29,864 nucleotides of DNA, from contig DATEUS010000047.1 of NCBI GenBank assembly GCA_035282985.1, forward strand, positions 1 to 29,864. The letters are read 5' to 3'. This document shows, in pieces, positions 26,931 through 29,864 of this stretch. The position numbers were made by a program, and so were the translations under genes. Under the pieces are notes generated by a model. That model had not been told where the DNA came from. It ran no database searches and was given only the letters and a program-made list of their open reading frames with translations. The stretch comes from Candidatus Acidiferrales bacterium (lineage in GTDB: Bacteria; Acidobacteriota; Terriglobia; Acidiferrales; 2-02-FULL-67-57). The stretch's first letter is position 1; each line of letters opens with the position of its first letter.

Positions 26931-27031
26931 AGGGGCTAAAGCCCGCAGATTTTCCGGCTTTTCATGTCAGGGCTGCCTTCGACTTCGCTCAGGCCAGGGG
27001 TGCCCTGACCCGCCCCGAAGCTTCGGGGCGG
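26931..27031. repeat. Cluster of REP-like hairpins
   Basis: GGGCTAAAGCCC; a GTCAGGGC...GCCCTGAC stem (26966-27009) carrying a 24-nt TCGAC/GCTC element in its loop (26975-26998); and a perfect 22-bp palindrome CCGCCCCGAAGCTTCGGGGCGG (27010-27031). Confidence 0.8.
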
Positions 27032-27137
27032 AGGTTGTCCAACCGCTTCCAGGCCGACGACGAATCGAAAGAAAAGGATTCGTCGCCGCTACCAACCCCG
27101 GAGAGGGTAAAATGCTGCTGGTTGGGAGGTTGCCAGA

Positions 27138-27410
27138 ATGCAGGAACGCGACTTCTACCAGGAGCGGCAAGAGAGCAAGACGGTGCAGTACACCTGTCCC
27201 TCCTGCCGCGAGGCCCATGAGTACACCGTCCGCTGGCTGGTGCGCGAGAAGCGGAAGGAGCTTCCGCGCGGCGCCAGCGCCGAAGACCGGCAGCGGTTCG
27301 CCAAGGCGCGCTCCTACATGGTGCGGGTGGACGAGATGCTGGCCTGCCGCAATCCCCGCTGCCGCAAGCGCTTCGACATTCCCACCCAGCAGTCCGTGGT
27401 CTTGCTCTGA
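27138..27410 (+). CDS. Small Cys-containing protein, putative zinc ribbon
   Basis: GGAGG RBS; 90 aa with CPSC and CRNPRC; GC3-rich codons. Confidence 0.8.
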   Translation: MQERDFYQERQESKTVQYTCPSCREAHEYTVRWLVREKRKELPRGASAEDRQRFAKARSYMVRVDEMLACRNPRCRKRFDIPTQQSVVLL

Positions 27411-27470
27411 AGGAACTTTCGCCGCCCGCCGGCGATACTACCAGCGAAGAACCCAGACGGAGACCGGCCA

Positions 27471-27995
27471 TTGAGCGACCGGTTGGATGAAGAGCTGATG
27501 CTGGCGTTCAAGGGCGGCGACGGGCTCGCCTTCCGCGAGTTGTTCGACCGCTATAAGAACTCGATCTACGGCTACGTGCGGCGGCGGGTGAACGACCCCG
27601 GGCGGGCGGAAGAAATCACCCAGGATGTTTTTCTCGCCCTGGTGCAGCACCGTAACGGCTACCAGGTGACCGCCAGCTTTCGGACTTACCTCTATCGCAT
27701 CGCGCTCAACCGGGTGGCGTCCGAGCACCGCAAGAAGAAGGAGAGCGATCCGCTGCCCGAGGACGTCCCGGCGGCGAGGAGCGACCCGGCCGTCGTGCAG
27801 CAGGTGCGGGAGGCGCTGGCGCAGTTGGAGCCGGGGCAGCGGGAGATCGTGATGCTGCGCGAGTACGAAGGGCTGAGCTACGAAGAGATCGCCCAGGTGT
27901 TGAAGGTGCCGGTGGGCACGGTGCGCTCGCGGCTGTTCCGCGCCAAGCTGGCGCTGCGGGACTTGCTGGCTCCGCGCGGGTTGGAGGGGGCGTAA
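27471..27995 (+). CDS. ECF-family RNA polymerase sigma factor
   Basis: DEELM, AFRELFDRY, AEEITQDVF, FRTYLYRIALN and GLSYEEIAQVLKVPVGTVRSRLFRA. TTG start with a GGAG RBS; a possible ECF -35 (GGAACTT) lies at 27412. Confidence 0.95.
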   Translation: MSDRLDEELMLAFKGGDGLAFRELFDRYKNSIYGYVRRRVNDPGRAEEITQDVFLALVQHRNGYQVTASFRTYLYRIALNRVASEHRKKKESDPLPEDVPAARSDPAVVQQVREALAQLEPGQREIVMLREYEGLSYEEIAQVLKVPVGTVRSRLFRAKLALRDLLAPRGLEGA

Positions 27996-27999
27996 GGTC

Positions 28000-29460
28000 A
28001 TGGTGAAACACGGGGTGGAAGCGGAAGAGTTGCAGGCTTACTTGGACGGGGAGTTGACTCCGGCCCGGCAGACGGAAGTGGAGACGCATCTGCACGAGTG
28101 CCGTCAGTGCGCGGGGCTGCTCGACGACCTCAAGCGCGTTTCAGCCACGTTGAAGCAATGGCAGGTAGAGCCGGCGCCGGCCAGCCTGCGCCCGCCCGCG
28201 GTGGAGCTGGAAAAAACTCGTTGGGGTTGGCTGCGGCTGCGACCAGCCGTTGCCTTGGCCGCTACGGCGGCTGTTGTGCTGGTGGTGGCGGCGCTCAGCC
28301 TGCCGAACTTGTATCGGTCGAAGATGACTTCCTTGGAGAGGATTGAACCGCGACAGGAGGAGCAGCTTGCCTACAAGCGGAGCGCTGAGCCCGCACCGCC
28401 ACCGGCAGCGGTGCCTGAGGTTTCTCGGGAGGTGCCTTCGCCGCCTGCGAAGACTGATGCTCCTGCCGCGCGCCGCGCGGTGCTGCCAGCAGCACCGTCC
28501 ACGGTGGGGCTCGAAGGCGCGCCCGCGGAGACGGAGACGAAGGCGAAAACCTACGCGCTCGAGAAGTTAGAAGCTAAGGACGAGGCGGCCAGCGGAGTCG
28601 CCGGTGGCGTGGCCGGCAGGCGCCTGGAGGCGCAGAAGCAGGCCGCGCCGCTGACGGCCGACCGTGTTGCCTCCGAGGACAAGGAGAGCCGGGCGAAGAG
28701 CGCCGCTGCAGGCGAGCAGGCGTTTGCGGCCAACCGGCAGCGGACCGAGAGCGCCGCTGCCCGGCGGCTGATCGCCTACCACGTCTATTTGACCGTGGAG
28801 GTCAAGGAGTTCACGGCCTCGAAGGAGAAGGTCGAGCGGCTGGTGGAGGAAGCGGGCGGCTACGTGGCGCAATCGAGCTCGGCGGAGACGCCCGACCAAC
28901 CGCAGCAGGCCGACCTGGTGCTGCGGGTGCCGGCCGAGCAGTTGCAGGCGGTGCTCGAGCAACTACGCGGGCTGGGCCGGGTGATCAACGAGCAGCTCTC
29001 CAGCGAAGAGCTGACTGAACAAGTCGTCGACCTGGAAGCGCGCCTGCGCAACGCCCGCGCCACCGAGCAGCGGCTGATTGCCGTGCTCAACGAGCGCACC
29101 GGCAAGGTGCGCGACATCCTGGAGGTGGAACGGGAGATTGACCGCACGCGCCAGGAAATCGAGCGCATGGAGGCGCAGCGGCAGAACTTGATGCACCGGG
29201 TGGAGCTGGCCACGGTGGCGGTGACGCTCTTGGAGGAATTCCAGGCGCAGCTCGACTCGGCGCCGGTGGGAACCGCGACGCGGCTGCGCAATGCTTTTGT
29301 CGAAGGCTACGAGCGCTTTGCCGGAATGCTGCTCGGGTTTGTGTTCTTCTTTGCCCGCTATGGGCTGGTGCTGCTCTTCTGGGGCGGTTTTCTATGGCTC
29401 ACTGGACGCCTCTGCAAACGCGCACTCGTCCGGCGGCTGCGGCCGCTGGTTGATTTCTAG
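28000..29460 (+). CDS. Zinc-finger (zf-HC2) anti-sigma factor fused to a DUF4349-like domain
   Basis: AYLDGEL...HLHECRQC; TM helix; low-complexity linker; GGYV...LRVP...DLEARL...LEVEREI pattern; C-terminal TM helix. Confidence 0.85.
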   Translation: MVKHGVEAEELQAYLDGELTPARQTEVETHLHECRQCAGLLDDLKRVSATLKQWQVEPAPASLRPPAVELEKTRWGWLRLRPAVALAATAAVVLVVAALSLPNLYRSKMTSLERIEPRQEEQLAYKRSAEPAPPPAAVPEVSREVPSPPAKTDAPAARRAVLPAAPSTVGLEGAPAETETKAKTYALEKLEAKDEAASGVAGGVAGRRLEAQKQAAPLTADRVASEDKESRAKSAAAGEQAFAANRQRTESAAARRLIAYHVYLTVEVKEFTASKEKVERLVEEAGGYVAQSSSAETPDQPQQADLVLRVPAEQLQAVLEQLRGLGRVINEQLSSEELTEQVVDLEARLRNARATEQRLIAVLNERTGKVRDILEVEREIDRTRQEIERMEAQRQNLMHRVELATVAVTLLEEFQAQLDSAPVGTATRLRNAFVEGYERFAGMLLGFVFFFARYGLVLLFWGGFLWLTGRLCKRALVRRLRPLVDF

Positions 29461-29589
29461 TTGCTCATCCTATTGCCCCTCTCAGATTTCCCAGCGGCAG
29501 GGGCCGCTGGGCTGAACGAAGTTCCTTTTGTGCGCCGCTGCGGCGGCGCTGGTGCGTATCCTCAAGGGATGGGTTATCATAGGGCTTCG

Positions 29590-29864
29590 ATGACGGCGCA
29601 GGATTCCAGAAAAACGCTCTACCGCGTGCGGCCGCGCGGTTTTTGTGCGGGCGTGGTGCGGGCGATTGAGATTGTTGACCTGGCGCTCAAGGCCTACGGC
29701 GCGCCCATCTACGTCCTGCACGAGATTGTGCACAACCGCTACGTGGTGGAAGAGCTGGCGGCCAAGGGCGCGGTCTTCGTCAACCGTCTGGAAGAGGTGC
29801 CGGAAGGCGCGCGGCTGATTTTCAGCGCCCACGGCGTCTCGCCGGCGGTGCGCCAGGTGGCGCG
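29590..29864 (+). CDS. ispH: 4-hydroxy-3-methylbut-2-enyl diphosphate reductase (5' part; runs off the window edge)
   Basis: Hand translation: [29 protein letters not shown]...HEIVHN...IFSAHGVSP. Confidence 0.95.
   Translation, partial: MTAQDSRKTLYRVRPRGFCAGVVRAIEIVDLALKAYGAPIYVLHEIVHNRYVVEELAAKGAVFVNRLEEVPEGARLIFSAHGVSPAVRQVA

Overview
GC-rich bacterial window; the gene content suggests Acidobacteriota, which is inference only. Left (1-6750): a minus-strand A1-type heme-copper oxidase operon (subunits II, I and two subunit III homologues) with a good sigma70 promoter, followed by small genes (STAS protein, Flp-pilin-like ORF, a lipoprotein cytochrome c with a (CAA)14 poly-Gln linker, small hypotheticals). 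Centre: an intact tRNA-Leu(TAA) at 6893-6981 whose 35-bp 3' end recurs at 6991-7049 and 18154-18341, bracketing an integrase-less ~11 kb segment. That segment encodes a PAS kinase/sigma54 activator pair and a likely sigma54-driven six-gene respiratory operon: two paralogous tetraheme cytochromes with a repeated W-x-H motif, an ActA/QrcA-like pentaheme cytochrome, a Tat-exported QrcB-like molybdopterin-family subunit, a QrcC-like FeS protein and an ActC-like NrfD protein. Both tRNA-end copies are interrupted at the same T-loop position by a ~24-nt REP-like hairpin element. In the second copy these elements are nested four to five layers deep, and another member sits in the loop of a different hairpin at 26975. 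Right: xanthine-dehydrogenase-family M/S/L operon, double-PilZ protein, lysA, DRG-type GTPase, psuG, a Cys-rich small protein, ECF sigma/anti-sigma pair and the start of ispH.
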